Assembly: GCA_934254715.1 (NCBI GenBank)
Contig: CAKQLT010000003.1
Location: 1-57,449 of the forward strand
DNA from: an uncultured Clostridia bacterium
Lineage (GTDB): Bacteria > Bacillota > Clostridia > Christensenellales > CAG-917
Reading direction: 5' to 3'
DNA length: 57,449 nucleotides
Shown: positions 38,301 to 41,109 of the stretch, one piece after another
How the letters are laid out: the number at the start of each line of letters is the position of its first letter
Numbering within the stretch: position 1 is the stretch's first letter
The notes under the pieces: model-generated
What the model saw: the letters and a program-made list of their open reading frames with translations, nothing else
Databases searched by the model: none
Told to the model about the DNA's origin: nothing
Made by a program: the position numbers and the translations under genes

Positions 38301-40808
38301 TACATCGACATCGTATACAACAAAGCGACCGGTATGCCCGAACAATACGTTTACTACAACCACTTTGCATACGTCGGTCAAGACAAACTGCCCGACACTA
38401 TGCAACTCACGTTTGCAAACGGCGACGTCGGCGAATACTACATCACCTACGAAAACGCGCCCACCGCAAGCGACCTTGCAGGACTCACGTCAACCCTCGA
38501 CAGAACGATGACCGTTCGCGTATGGAACTCGAAAGCCAAAGAAATCGAGGTTATGGACGCGTTTGAAATGTCGATCAAGATCCGCGTGTCCAAGGTTACG
38601 CTCACAAACAGCGACCTTGCGTACAACGATATGTCGGTCGGCTCGTACAAGTACAACAAAGACGTATATGCAGACGTAGCGAACACCGTCTACGACACGA
38701 GCAAGTATGCTTCCACCGCAACGTTCTACGTCGGCGCGCAATTTATGCTTGCGCAAACGTGGTGGACGGACGGCAGATCCGCAAACGGCAGCAAATACGA
38801 CTACAACAGCACTTACAACAAGCGTCACGGATTCGTCGACACCGACGGCGAAGTATATCCCGGCATTTACAGCGTGTACTCGGTCAACAACGAGTTCAAG
38901 GCGGAAGGTCAGGAAGGCAACTACGTAGGCGTCAAGTTCTACGTCTACAACGCGGACACCAAGAACTATGCGTTGTATAACGGCACGGTAAACTACGATT
39001 CCGCAAACACGACCTACAAGAGCGAGAGCGGACAAGACCTCTACATTCTCGTTTACGTGACGACGCAAACTCTCAACGCAAGTTGGAATGCGGACAACGT
39101 CAACTACACGTACAGAGGCGGCAATGTAGCAGTCGAAGCAACTCTCGCAAGCGGCGTTGAAGGCAACGGCGCAACGGCAAAGGTAGACGTCACCGTACAC
39201 GTCAACAACAGCAGAGTAAGCGGTGAAGCGACGCTCGTAAGCGGCGATACTTGCGGCTTGTTGACGGACGGCGTATTCGTAATCGACCCGTACGCAAACG
39301 GCAACGTCTTTGCAAGAAAGACGGGCTACAGCGGCGACCGTTACGAACCCTCGTCGGTAGCGACCGAAGGCTACGTCAAGAACAACCTCGACGGCACGTA
39401 CAAACTCGTTGACGGACAATACGTCGAGTTGAGTGCGGACGAACTCAACAGAGATTACGCAAACTTCCCGACCAGACTCACCGTCACGCTCACGAACGGC
39501 ACCAAGGTCAACGTGCCCGTAACGTGGGACTTCAGCGGCGTCAACGTGACGTATGCGGGCGGCGAATACTACGCGTACGCAATCGTCAACTACGACGGCG
39601 CGTACAACTACAAGGCAACGGATTCGTCCTCTGCAAACGAAGTCGGCACGCAACGTATCAGATTCAGCGTCAAGGTTCTTGACAGAAGCGTAGAAAGCAT
39701 TGCCAACGACAGTGAACTTCAAAAACTCACGGGTTACGCTCTTGCAACCAACAAGACCTATATCAATCCGTACGAGTATATCAAACCCACGATGCCCACC
39801 GAAATCTCTCTCAACGAACGTCAAGCAGACGGAAGCGTCAAGGCTATGACGTACTCGACGAGAAGCGATACGAGAACGCTCGTATGGTCTTACGACGAGT
39901 TCAGACCTTCCTACAACGGCGGCTTGATTTACGTCACCGCAAAACTTATCGGTATCGACGGAAATGTCCAAGAATACAAGATTCCGTTCCTCGTCCAAAA
40001 GATGGAAGCAACGGCAATCAAAGAGGCGCAAACCACGGTCGGTTCGGACGGCGTGACCAAACTCACGGCAAAGACGGGCGGTTACAGTTCCGCAATCGTT
40101 TCGGGCAAAGCAAGCAGTTCGTTCAGTATCGACCCCAACGACCCGACCAGATTGTCTATGCCGTTCACCTATATTGCAACGTTCAACGTCTACAATCCGA
40201 CGTTCAATGCGGCAGACGGCACGGTTACGTATCCGGATACGGCGTCCACGACGACGGACATCGAGTTCTTCTACGCAATCGTTTCTATGCCCGCGGACGA
40301 GCAATACACCGTCACGTCAAGCGGAATCACGACGAGCGCAAGCGGCAACACCGCAACGATTCAACTCGGCGACCAAGAACGTATCTCGGTGACGGTCGTT
40401 CAAACCAACGCAAACCTCGCGCCGACGATTTCGAGCGCAAGCGGATTGCGCAGCGGCACGACGCTCAACACTACGACGACCGTAAACGGCAACAGAGTCA
40501 ACGTAGTTTGGTTCGGCACGGCGGAAGTTTATTCCGCTTCCGACAACTCGTTGGTTGCAAGTTACGCGGTTATGTTCTCATCGGCAGGCACGAGCCTCAC
40601 GCTTCCCACGTCCGCAGACCGCAAGATAGTCTACAAACTCTATGCGGCGGTAGGCACGGTGGTTGACAGCAACGGCACGGTCGTTACCACTCAAAAGGCA
40701 ACGCAAAGTTTTGCGAACTCGCACAGCGCAATTGTAGCGGGACAAACTATCCCCGTTTACCAAGCAATCAGCAGCCTTGAAACGATAGAGTGGAATCCGA
40801 GAGGATAA
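14316..40808 (+). CDS. Giant lipoprotein, 8,830 aa, function unknown (cryptic modular N-terminal ~6,200 aa plus C-terminal Ig-like array)
   Basis: Uninterrupted 26,493-nt ORF with SD GGAGGA 4 nt upstream of the ATG, a consensus promoter upstream and a strong terminator downstream. It carries a lipoprotein signal peptide. GC and codon style match the flanking housekeeping genes. Internal motif periodicity is described in the findings. Confidence 0.93.
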   Translation: MRMRKLSLVLLLVLISVMLFGLVACNPKTDGNTDTPVIPTPTPNPDPDNSEYIGAQDFWNAFKAAALNEAGAEKDKRYIRVDTAFVMGFSKDSSDSLIVARFAGNIDTLDDSNSEILVEFRKLAAEINGRTVDQDTICTMAKNGEGSLLFGAYYYEGKLVADMRGIKKDDGVHVVYTDTINMTDFVSRFADALEQLDLSSILYDTLMGYDIGGLVNSLIKIDIAHLTVEQLLVNVLFGASKGTRVDYGNGHQVLRMPCDLGLIVSIIPLVQGLIPENIIGLVKDVLGLDLGKLGALAGMALYMEADIMNGALQGTTFDIDVNLNSYGVEGVEEKYGTFQSEFGIKLGYAKADFAGTPDLNLVGDAENPGLLKNRNEKNTARQDGEKSLYDAVNESAEKYSFLTLDGAISLTLNFNEKKVSIDNVIGSFGTLISNLLTKNLDPEMLEALKPLFAKEIDFASGEAKLTIKLQAEIDTRDSAKTRLAAEILGRDGAKRVTAYYTGAREGVYIDAGGLLGYNGTKFKIDDINVNELLGNLVNTVFETIKGAIDGLKGGATAQNIQQAFVDNGEIVIQHGAYSAAEGEGSVDVLSLVSMILDHINVGMDENIFNIRDISVDLSRDILDAIFSLVFTGDNAGADIPITGALLKYVNNGAQQNKTLTLSAELGVREYNEANTEYSLAPLIGLALGVDITFGKINNLPDFEATFEKLENELAQNEGAYLPILKNGALNTDLLHVNVSTGLTLDIETLKGELAKIEVNMPDQEIGTMFKGILLKALIELGNIDGGLKLDINADIDLTGGLDTSAILDLLLKSSAKIAISKQSNNEEVLAIYLQDGWVYLKADILCISVKQIKLNVRELMDMLGTNGDDSSSDQALVADETEEGGMDINAVLGFVAGIIDGFKLGNHALEVVLASNLFEQVLGLLNIDGVKIEFASTEFDGGIRIALNDGLNLPELQLGVFVSLGNNVNLDLSLNGLSAGLNDKATNYLLNDNRQSDDFTEILEYPFIGLDLTLGLNFTADQGARELVFGEGKYWLDSNGKYVEIEKTPVPDGYTGKLYYKDSDGIYQEENITKATLAFDEPMNLNYELRIAGQLDLSPIVEYLLGAPQINTKGNVSELMIELTGKKSSDISGQLAAERKVLLGLYYTGGSLYIDASNFGLDKVRTDVDLYEVILALLAKDSTVAVNGATGAEAMAAEDTIDQNDADARKALALDVIATLSSDNVKLQIAKGLTDILYQLIGIDASDITAWAQIAWASVKDKFDNKPVRIALDVNNDAGQQIGGAEIYIGTTVRGENGETLSPLKLEIGGDAVEPIRIVRDGQQMQEMASYVQSEGNVFEDVELFNDYGDVTIPSIYAEIQGTFTVGALQGNKSWTVGEWIASFLDDSNPELNSFIRQLLLTYKVPVEAGANIGFRIALNAHLNPDVPVDLTQNVVFKKYENSKLADLAKYVEVYKLSGAKYILLTDDERTTFEGDVYVKQYVAGGIALTEVTDLNYRGEGYVLVDGNYVKVNVTDENQEQYANDQIYTVASLLDIAYIASHSDIAIEIYNEKITLVEKMTNAEKLEHVILALRLQSTGENAQGQSVSTVYLDLSNDFHLALNNIDLGGLLGGLLTGGSNSGNDTATTAADESASGGIDLMGILGKVLGGIIGYIGVDTEGLQINFAQALVATLVQMLAGKQVDPEKFIKLNSDRSYLAFAWKDDYKLEFNLQIDPAYVGFELSSIKLALGKEGGVLPDDFDPNVYTTAENLDTLSLNVDLGLDLQLKGQDEQVRLEKYLDLFLADLGITLGLDMFDDIEYNIGLSLGANLALNEPNESNIVLEVKNKITNKNILAVYIEGQNIYFDFGSLGREPIYLEGTNLCDVLCKYITDALGDLNSIVKNGASTAADEVAANSADEQMQLILDITDGKLSVLVMQNVLVGLIAALTSNGSSTDIATIIEKLDLDISVGVDLQLDPSIAINVNVDSNLIALGVSVDNIDVATGANSNAYATIREKAQKGIRGDDKFVLLSEAEKATYEGKRYNKVGGTFVEAENGDYRGYYTEMSNAHIIEVDLSLIVDYYASATYTLVTDQRALETISPLDRYSYSSNEQRFVQDPNGTYVREGFAFDELLNLILNMDGLQSILATMLPQIRINTDNEEIGFDVQNDKFSVGDLLKRLGLNLVLSDKMDDGFKLDVKARLNLQKIGMEDLSKIDLKNLNLDVETILRGLEAYVGIDFDYEHEGTNTKLGVYLEDGVVFVDMEGIGGPRVQVGLIDLIEKLGVEFGAGSSDASTAADTQDGEMSVGQILNMIVSKIVLAGKPWTTGGNTNRIDQLGVFVRANFINDLFSMLFKTVVDSENTVVDESQSGLFIYPQTDKFAYCGVDEALALQLKLALANKKDPVENTQYLIDLNLGLDAKVGLVSVDTNYQPLLDNDEKLEFISLDDYIENIVKLLGGFGGENYQRTTDLTDNAIYYTFEASDDGEYLLKTGMYRKPNFTVDANGAYVLGEDGEYRLISDGETLPEGTKRYAKEDLTDVQMYSRSYATVKTGEDGKQYAYIVKYDVDPNGLYVYDAENDVYVNKNDASAPESNTFYSRVDMPITVTETDADGNEITRNALASEVKLYNKCGKTAYQDQNISLSVSGLIYFNSASAEVVNAGGLLPNAFRDMIINLQTLSAFNAGIGLRVSANIDLAALDLQGLASGGTFGDFINNSDLSKVELAIEFVEVNEKGYFAKYDTANDTGNGNEKVLGGMYLSGGTLYLDLTGVVSTAENYSKIENFVEFAKKVIEKLGSIGGDKEENGAQTASDEVQTRSSQRDAVLLLAYSDSQFQIQITKALIAFVLATFMPDLGSLEDVFDVFNISLGVDLGQPVYKLVDDLKATDPDLYEKFQNEYKGDRYRKYETEDFSQKADTDTYYVAGNAYYLASTTYVYEVTVEGEEVTPVDGEKLRFTDGNYDADKTYAVLENGTYVVISNKVQGKYVHSNANYYAKVEGITDPVSLRSYRMYRRTDGVESVTDTYIAGDTYIRYNGEERKIEELRSRLFGYVKDENGEYYRTIDLYNQISDYYIGLDVAIGCVNMGLKLGGIELGFGAGEELLPAYIRDGKAHSTFVTSGTLNKEIEYTDETKNVYDFEDIPTNMFYDTIITVGFSVELEFGITEGTLDFGKILSSIIGDLTGVVVEMPSTTKGYSSAHFRLDVSLMVDIYDLTKSELKVELINVTETGYESLWLGAYYVNNTIYVNLEDAFNIQKFAIGGLNIAEILKDYIIDFDTDKEYFVAGGSQTASTSEASVASGAQASDVDLNDKELALSMLINRDLLTLKLGDKLFDTILEYIPEDLLGFDIKDLFYQEINGGLQVELNTSDSINLTVDVALGLDGDRYNKDSDYAGTDADNESLANKVGVSEIYYVFKQDANGNYVKGENGNYVRAITPEKTSTERYAKYKVKVDEGVKVPYLVKVLDNGKGDGSELLDKTKLPMLEDGESAVAIYKYVAGAVANKSYVSDGGKYDMTLTLELAIKNLDVAFTNSRTYVLSGDELAEYTDMDDVDRFTLSETIDITTQFKSGKDNDIDLSAVLQAFFPSLTDEQLLVIKAQADDGGDVNRSLQLVLDVDIQVAALLNFMRTELVKYTDEGDQFDGDMDLFTVIDLLKKVIENIDTTQLTNLIADVASYVNLSVRLQTKGGNDADYHDMLGIYMVGGTFELLTEEEKTNVTSEHYVDPSERYDHYFETKNGSYYLDETTGEYNYITSDTFAGTRYSYDSSYCYKNEKGNYKRENGGLFVDLSYFNIPSLRIDANEIRKLVGSIFALTSGEAMTAADDTTGDGSTDDGTDSGISFPLVKDDTILGYIRTFAYGLQITSRYVKVLANADYINSILSLVMGENAIQFDDDKFVNQPNVTLYTDNTRYSYENAQDVIDEFKNNVNGLDKSSAEYKKFAKELESTLTKSKYLFDITEYSGNDGDQNKGIYFKASDGAYVQKSEMSTVEREAYDKQVVAGKASYYDVKKVNVYVKLSSGAYVLYADATQTQINNCEKVAELQNTYLIRVPKLYFRNATSGEYEAVDFRYNIVKPLQARNEFISVNLYLWNHKLSIAINAPSVGVTKFNYVTGKEAMDNLGFTDIAEGARYINTDEDIYTSVDKASDGLSNWEFDYYTGGNFDTSKYANGPRYYEYRGELIAITKDSLYVKNGTQYVPAAAVDASANPIETSWDLFPDFIAEIENNGAEYYVENTAKTAYVRVQRTFIYKKYTYNTEKKVLIPATDDRSPEDYYIKVQQASSITQPDFSKPEYADYAYKNYVDSDNLYYISLALRGSLFIQSGKIYLDYATYQEAYKSVTGKELTDANYKTVLNGIMFKKFQGDYVKVSASDDLDALKANGGLYVWVNSTLDEKYNGVNEALGDVLGNLLGAMTGKFQIAEDMTFNVYFSLRLNLGFKLYILPSFSIDVRDLDVAIDVWGEQNDLLDDGTGKNYVTSKDRDENNYDVKLLDGTKPHILGVYYDNDQDTGKAGLYIDAEALLGKDAKLFVDMSKYTLEEVITGLVAGIGKDAVAADASVASDDVTNLNPDKQGSDSTSLFVNIFTNALALNVTSGFAKVLLKELMPDNASIADMLPNLKVYLKQNLNPYDITIGAILFNEKGDIPVFDLGLNIQGLNGVTGESSSIEFGRKEDILAMQQGSNAIFYYANFYRDNDNTDYSNYYGKNYNGKDYLKLIRDEATGYDYIANEDGTKGDLYTGKDANGNTVAGPEDRYMKAAPVMSEVLAARQLAFKGDVYTDVEGVYMLVYKRLNDIAGNNNLDEDTYREYRNLVNTNQFATYTGTLYTVDNNGNFVKTDKDTLKGFTGEGNLQYALASVYEDGATESEKSKAIVYNEQTYYPIDPNGNGYTDMSEADDFAKSYPSAKVYKQVTDFTNYTRALALDLGDLLGGGTFDVASVLADLESVELGMNLDIKMTLDDVINWTYQFTRFIDDPQISEYLYFIATSLQGNKEFQSLIGLNLNLKAYLKLANLVKMISGDTSVGILQALEGAKIYLELTYETNFHGDKKPQAFLWVEIKDGKLYLNIDASQIGEIVGWGDFFSYGVVEGLDLSSILGSSSTTASAQASVAADDEEVNTGLIPSNVWGVLNVVLGRLLIANDFITVGLNETLIADLIGMLAGSDSAVLQGISEFLPKLYTTDTKDTSGITINFYGNSPSIDINLGFKVGTLYYETVNNFNAMYGANGKYSKGSDWSGTTFKKESDGSYTVGKVEKKDSAGATVTDNDNTYVLVSTDDYALVAYAYPAWDGDTYDYDAATNTFAKHTASGTKGAYLKQGDFAIAISLGKLYATVNKDFSVDKDEKFADKNADGSIKYVEAEDGKYVKNADGTYRLATEADGDLTHYNASYSNYTSLQSATAHLELSIEISLYGSGKAGDDNIIDLSEILDMIMGLINPDSAISGSTLKLNIVNEFGNDQGAFLTLDLVANIDVETYKVELGLELNKKTASMTTAKTLLGVYLIENAVYVDLSGILGETAKVAVTDLNLDGLLEGVLGKFLNQEETTDASGASIASKEDIGTIEANKDHLKDYAYFMINVTPQKLLLQLNADLVNAIYKKIMAIRGLEQKDLIPDIGDLLVRMDATGDKTVISVNLRFSDGLYFCLDIPAASITKDTSKGIAEHFGLSTEDKKFYKQLTQDELAANPSQEKYVKNAAGEYVLDENPVDESKTYYRYTHTAKVPRDYLEILALDLETLVNGTGTFDISSLNLPTIGLKASLNVTMTSKNLKPGQTGYDESLAGWTQDLLANLLSGQAMFGQFSTLTWQDAKTLTDGGKVYEGKVYVKNADDAYELYTEKTYSKDTTYYKYTLADINITMANEINLTINIAANVNLAPIIAYGIGGILFSDIAVDIIAGAPVNSNIISLYYLGSSRLMRKDGSKWELDLASGAYSSNEIYSDALYVDASGLGLGKIKLQGIAGLLGATPSYDAQTASGASVSADATTSDASTSDANTAGANAAASNALYLQIDIQNGRLGVSFDNAFISTLIGMLGLDLGDIELPPIKSVKLDVNLGAKGLDSINLNAQLDSVGTGANVKISDFELGFGKSMVESAKLIESVKTGYTGLTLSKTSGIMSLIQNVIDSLKPGLSINIQNKVWQLTQARKVATLYQDSSITLSGKKVLTSTNIPKSSPEKYNIRLDLKSNRADTGLSAIVGGNNIFVTNITLPSGGLVGTLAPLISALNCLDLGSMMGSSPLLALVNGTDGDDATYEYPSAKTAADATSTQAASGWNADKTSYSYPVKLDNLVKSVDVNLFNDNEYWPYFENATAVTNGAGKISVKVTLNKDSYNELIIMVTSILMGLMKDKIDGDDGEAYFGDVQKARNGKTGITGSGLSSYAIDGIGDTDEITKFYNGLDELVKKNASTQEKVNYVEPFARSLPVTLTKWALLFALDAAGVSLSYGTIQNLASEVIEDLNFLIGGILPIPFASGEIDPSINIYVDLNPTARDYGCTGGQTVKPGIQAIEIMVNAEKNGTGTAMKYNKAQTTTKSDMNRMANGGGAVAAGSANSTTTSLSEAWDFFMIRLTPYSIQDSSFTTGMLYFDDAESAEKVDTEVTPPTEIVIDDPATRSGSAVLSSGSTTPITLRDSAFLNKDVFPQYANVKFPIYLSGKQMQSYDKSGDYSDAPGTQIVWDAATVDLTAATSEDASGRRLAGYVYGYALNVVLYAIPVYVTNDKEAQTQSIKGYYRNDDGTYSEKALGIDIDTNSSKYMAELPDLVRIPFRTGGKYTFATYLKDSTGNMAYAVIDPISGAPSENGYQILVQPTQAEIDAGAEANLNKDGNKYLLMPAYVAGLVTEKDASGNDVYKTITAKDSTGAEVKYYVLSRNKLPKGKQFPAGTIEWNTDDFKYDWQGSTDWTTGAESNVVKVGFTYQWGLGKAVEDTISLTAKNYKISRLTSMSNDKDGTVTQNFKSERDSSGNYTTILELKAMDIDASMQNLVTYLGGFHFVNGKFVNESSMTGFDVEWDTTELAKAIAAITTKDSSGNDVVNYYKGLDVTIKAKVGGERFSIFTSVTKNLVSTDKSGFVGKSESYAGKFAQEVNVRIVVKPYEFDSMAKALVFDQYQYETITADSFGTAYQLNVKDASGNTSVENLTVGNGLSVEAPFIKAGETYLNAYDNAVHKLTSDEITYEGYSNQRTYPLYAKLVIGTEYSGKQEVYVPIEVNAVKPSAYTVNVEHDNTLNPTWYERYDEFNVSIGMNTHTMFPDWTTVQYYTNAACTKLKSQQNIFDGGTIYAQVEAYATADGTKDGTKLALVNTGKVDENGEPIYSAQKITLRLNVEQQTIQSVNFFYDETIGDVAAYLRKYANDEAKLAALEAKLADINNYTGSVYQQTHVVDGTAFGIDPINFATNPSDYFKTSAWGDAKGGTAVKVNLVKGESYIAYVRAFDRIVSGKDVTGTGNTQTVYMTIGNNKVSFNVNIPSYEFVGGAMSDAESKLTYVDGKVAGTDDDTLKLAYNVFDEWKLPSKATVQTAQGVGEITVDVKWVDYAAPSKDELKSDEDGKLYVERKYFFFDGLTMRYPSADAFTAKIYLENFNANVQIVPDGMSDVYDVFDKFEFARTATVTVDGVAYRNVPIHWESTAMPTADEIKQGSFTRKMYVLGVYVAGQDIYSDYVVTVNNDFTIDKLTGGYLAGDFAIDVAKDNFYQGLPKSANVKVGEKTIPVTLAWSDDYTAESGFSGNMTLTITSKDGNKVVLESDVNVAVTVESAGITGLAKAQKYVLDPYAKSGTLFESGSLQEVKVSGSDKTQYVAVEYEFDNQAFYDNVASYFGKKYKVAVTYKYNAGKNVNVETGEIEVYVVNRSIMFMSDYENRSIVVDTFLHKDASYLANKMSITTTGGDVFDAYFDWSDVDKLIKSGKSNSAYMATALVGVEKANGGYVLADITDDGKVNPTYVAIEDYVAYKQKTDPNFALTNEKRYMLAKQRVNVPVTVLDRTIADAELLLGDTDLEYLYSDSSKYSTITDTLVGKTNGAYDGRYIDIVYNKATGMPEQYVYYNHFAYVGQDKLPDTMQLTFANGDVGEYYITYENAPTASDLAGLTSTLDRTMTVRVWNSKAKEIEVMDAFEMSIKIRVSKVTLTNSDLAYNDMSVGSYKYNKDVYADVANTVYDTSKYASTATFYVGAQFMLAQTWWTDGRSANGSKYDYNSTYNKRHGFVDTDGEVYPGIYSVYSVNNEFKAEGQEGNYVGVKFYVYNADTKNYALYNGTVNYDSANTTYKSESGQDLYILVYVTTQTLNASWNADNVNYTYRGGNVAVEATLASGVEGNGATAKVDVTVHVNNSRVSGEATLVSGDTCGLLTDGVFVIDPYANGNVFARKTGYSGDRYEPSSVATEGYVKNNLDGTYKLVDGQYVELSADELNRDYANFPTRLTVTLTNGTKVNVPVTWDFSGVNVTYAGGEYYAYAIVNYDGAYNYKATDSSSANEVGTQRIRFSVKVLDRSVESIANDSELQKLTGYALATNKTYINPYEYIKPTMPTEISLNERQADGSVKAMTYSTRSDTRTLVWSYDEFRPSYNGGLIYVTAKLIGIDGNVQEYKIPFLVQKMEATAIKEAQTTVGSDGVTKLTAKTGGYSSAIVSGKASSSFSIDPNDPTRLSMPFTYIATFNVYNPTFNAADGTVTYPDTASTTTDIEFFYAIVSMPADEQYTVTSSGITTSASGNTATIQLGDQERISVTVVQTNANLAPTISSASGLRSGTTLNTTTTVNGNRVNVVWFGTAEVYSASDNSLVASYAVMFSSAGTSLTLPTSADRKIVYKLYAAVGTVVDSNGTVVTTQKATQSFANSHSAIVAGQTIPVYQAISSLETIEWNPRG
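14762..32260 (+). repeat. About 14 diverged protein-level copies of a cryptic 250-800-aa module within the giant CDS
   Basis: A Y-x-x-G-x-x-Y-V-D motif recurs, each copy followed 80-150 nt later by a TAAD-type acidic Ser/Thr linker and an amphipathic LxLxI...LxVxL...LxxxLIxxL element. Coordinates are listed in the findings. I noticed no long nucleotide-level repeats. Confidence 0.7.
34030..40805 (+). repeat. Array of at least 12 Big_4-like Ig/beta-sandwich modules (C-terminal ~2,250 aa of the giant CDS)
   Basis: Recurrent pattern [LF]P-x-x-[ALV]-x-V-x(3-6)-G-x(3-7)-V-x-V-x-W, e.g. FPTRLTVTLTNGTKVNVPVTWDF, LPSKATVQTAQGVGEITVDVKWVDY, LPKSANVKVGEKTIPVTLAWSDDY, FARTATVTVDGVAYRNVPIHWES. Modules end in closing strands such as RVNVPVTVLDR, RIRFSVKVLDRS and VNVRIVVKPYEF. 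Confidence 0.6.
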
Positions 40809-40841
40809 CCTCTTATCGCTCGTTTATGCAAAACGATACGC

Positions 40842-40876
40842 AAAAGCCTCGCATTTAGCGAGGCTTTTCGTTTCTT
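40842..40876 (+). terminator. Rho-independent terminator of the giant gene
   Basis: AAAAGCCTCGC-ATTTA-GCGAGGCTTTTCGTTTCTT, 34 nt after the stop codon. Confidence 0.85.
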
Positions 40877-41011
40877 GCAAAGGGGTTTTTGTAAAATCCG
40901 AATGTGGCGTATAGGCATAGTAATACGAGTATCGACATAATCGAGCGGCAATAAAATATACGAAAAACGAGCAAAAAATCAACAAAATATGCCGTTTTTT
41001 TGTCAAGTTTG

Positions 41012-41028
41012 GTTTGCATTTTGCAAAC
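41012..41028. promoter_or_regulatory. Perfect inverted repeat upstream of the SPFH operon promoter
   Basis: GTTTGCA-TTT-TGCAAAC, 26 nt upstream of the -35 box at 41054. Confidence 0.4.
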
Positions 41029-41053
41029 AAAGCGGCGCAAGTATAAATTTTTA

Positions 41054-41081
41054 TTGAAAATATCGCCGCTTGTGATATAAT
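41054..41081 (+). promoter_or_regulatory. Sigma-A promoter with extended -10 for the SPFH operon
   Basis: TTGAAA (41054..41059), 16 nt, TGa-TATAAT (41073..41081). SD GGAGG lies at 41100..41104. Confidence 0.7.
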
Positions 41082-41109
41082 ACATATAATAAAAGCAACG
41101 GAGGCACTT

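Noticed and set aside
15612-40304. Very long antisense ORFs inside the giant gene. Examples are 26307..30197 (-) 1,296 aa, 35058..37835 (-) 925 aa, 23823..26246 (-) 807 aa, 30459..32279 (-) 606 aa, 38490..40304 (-) 604 aa, 15612..17381 (-) 589 aa, 20106..21554 (-) 482 aa and 32787..34202 (-) 471 aa.
   Set aside because: These are shadow ORFs. Their translations are Arg/Val/Phe/Cys-rich nonsense with no motifs or start signals. They arise because the sense frame rarely uses TTA, CTA or TCA codons, whose complements are stop codons, and favours GAC/GGC/CTC/ACG-type codons. The sense frame has coherent motifs, a signal peptide, an SD and a promoter.
14316-40808. The giant ORF as an NRPS/PKS megasynthase, RTX or Rhs toxin, or phage tail-fibre-like protein.
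   Set aside because: I saw no adenylation, condensation, ketosynthase or carrier-protein core motifs, no GGxGxD nonapeptide runs, and no YDxxGR or PAAR-type motifs. There are no adjacent phage, secretion-system or immunity genes. The lipoprotein signal and Ig-like array point to a surface structural or adhesive protein instead.
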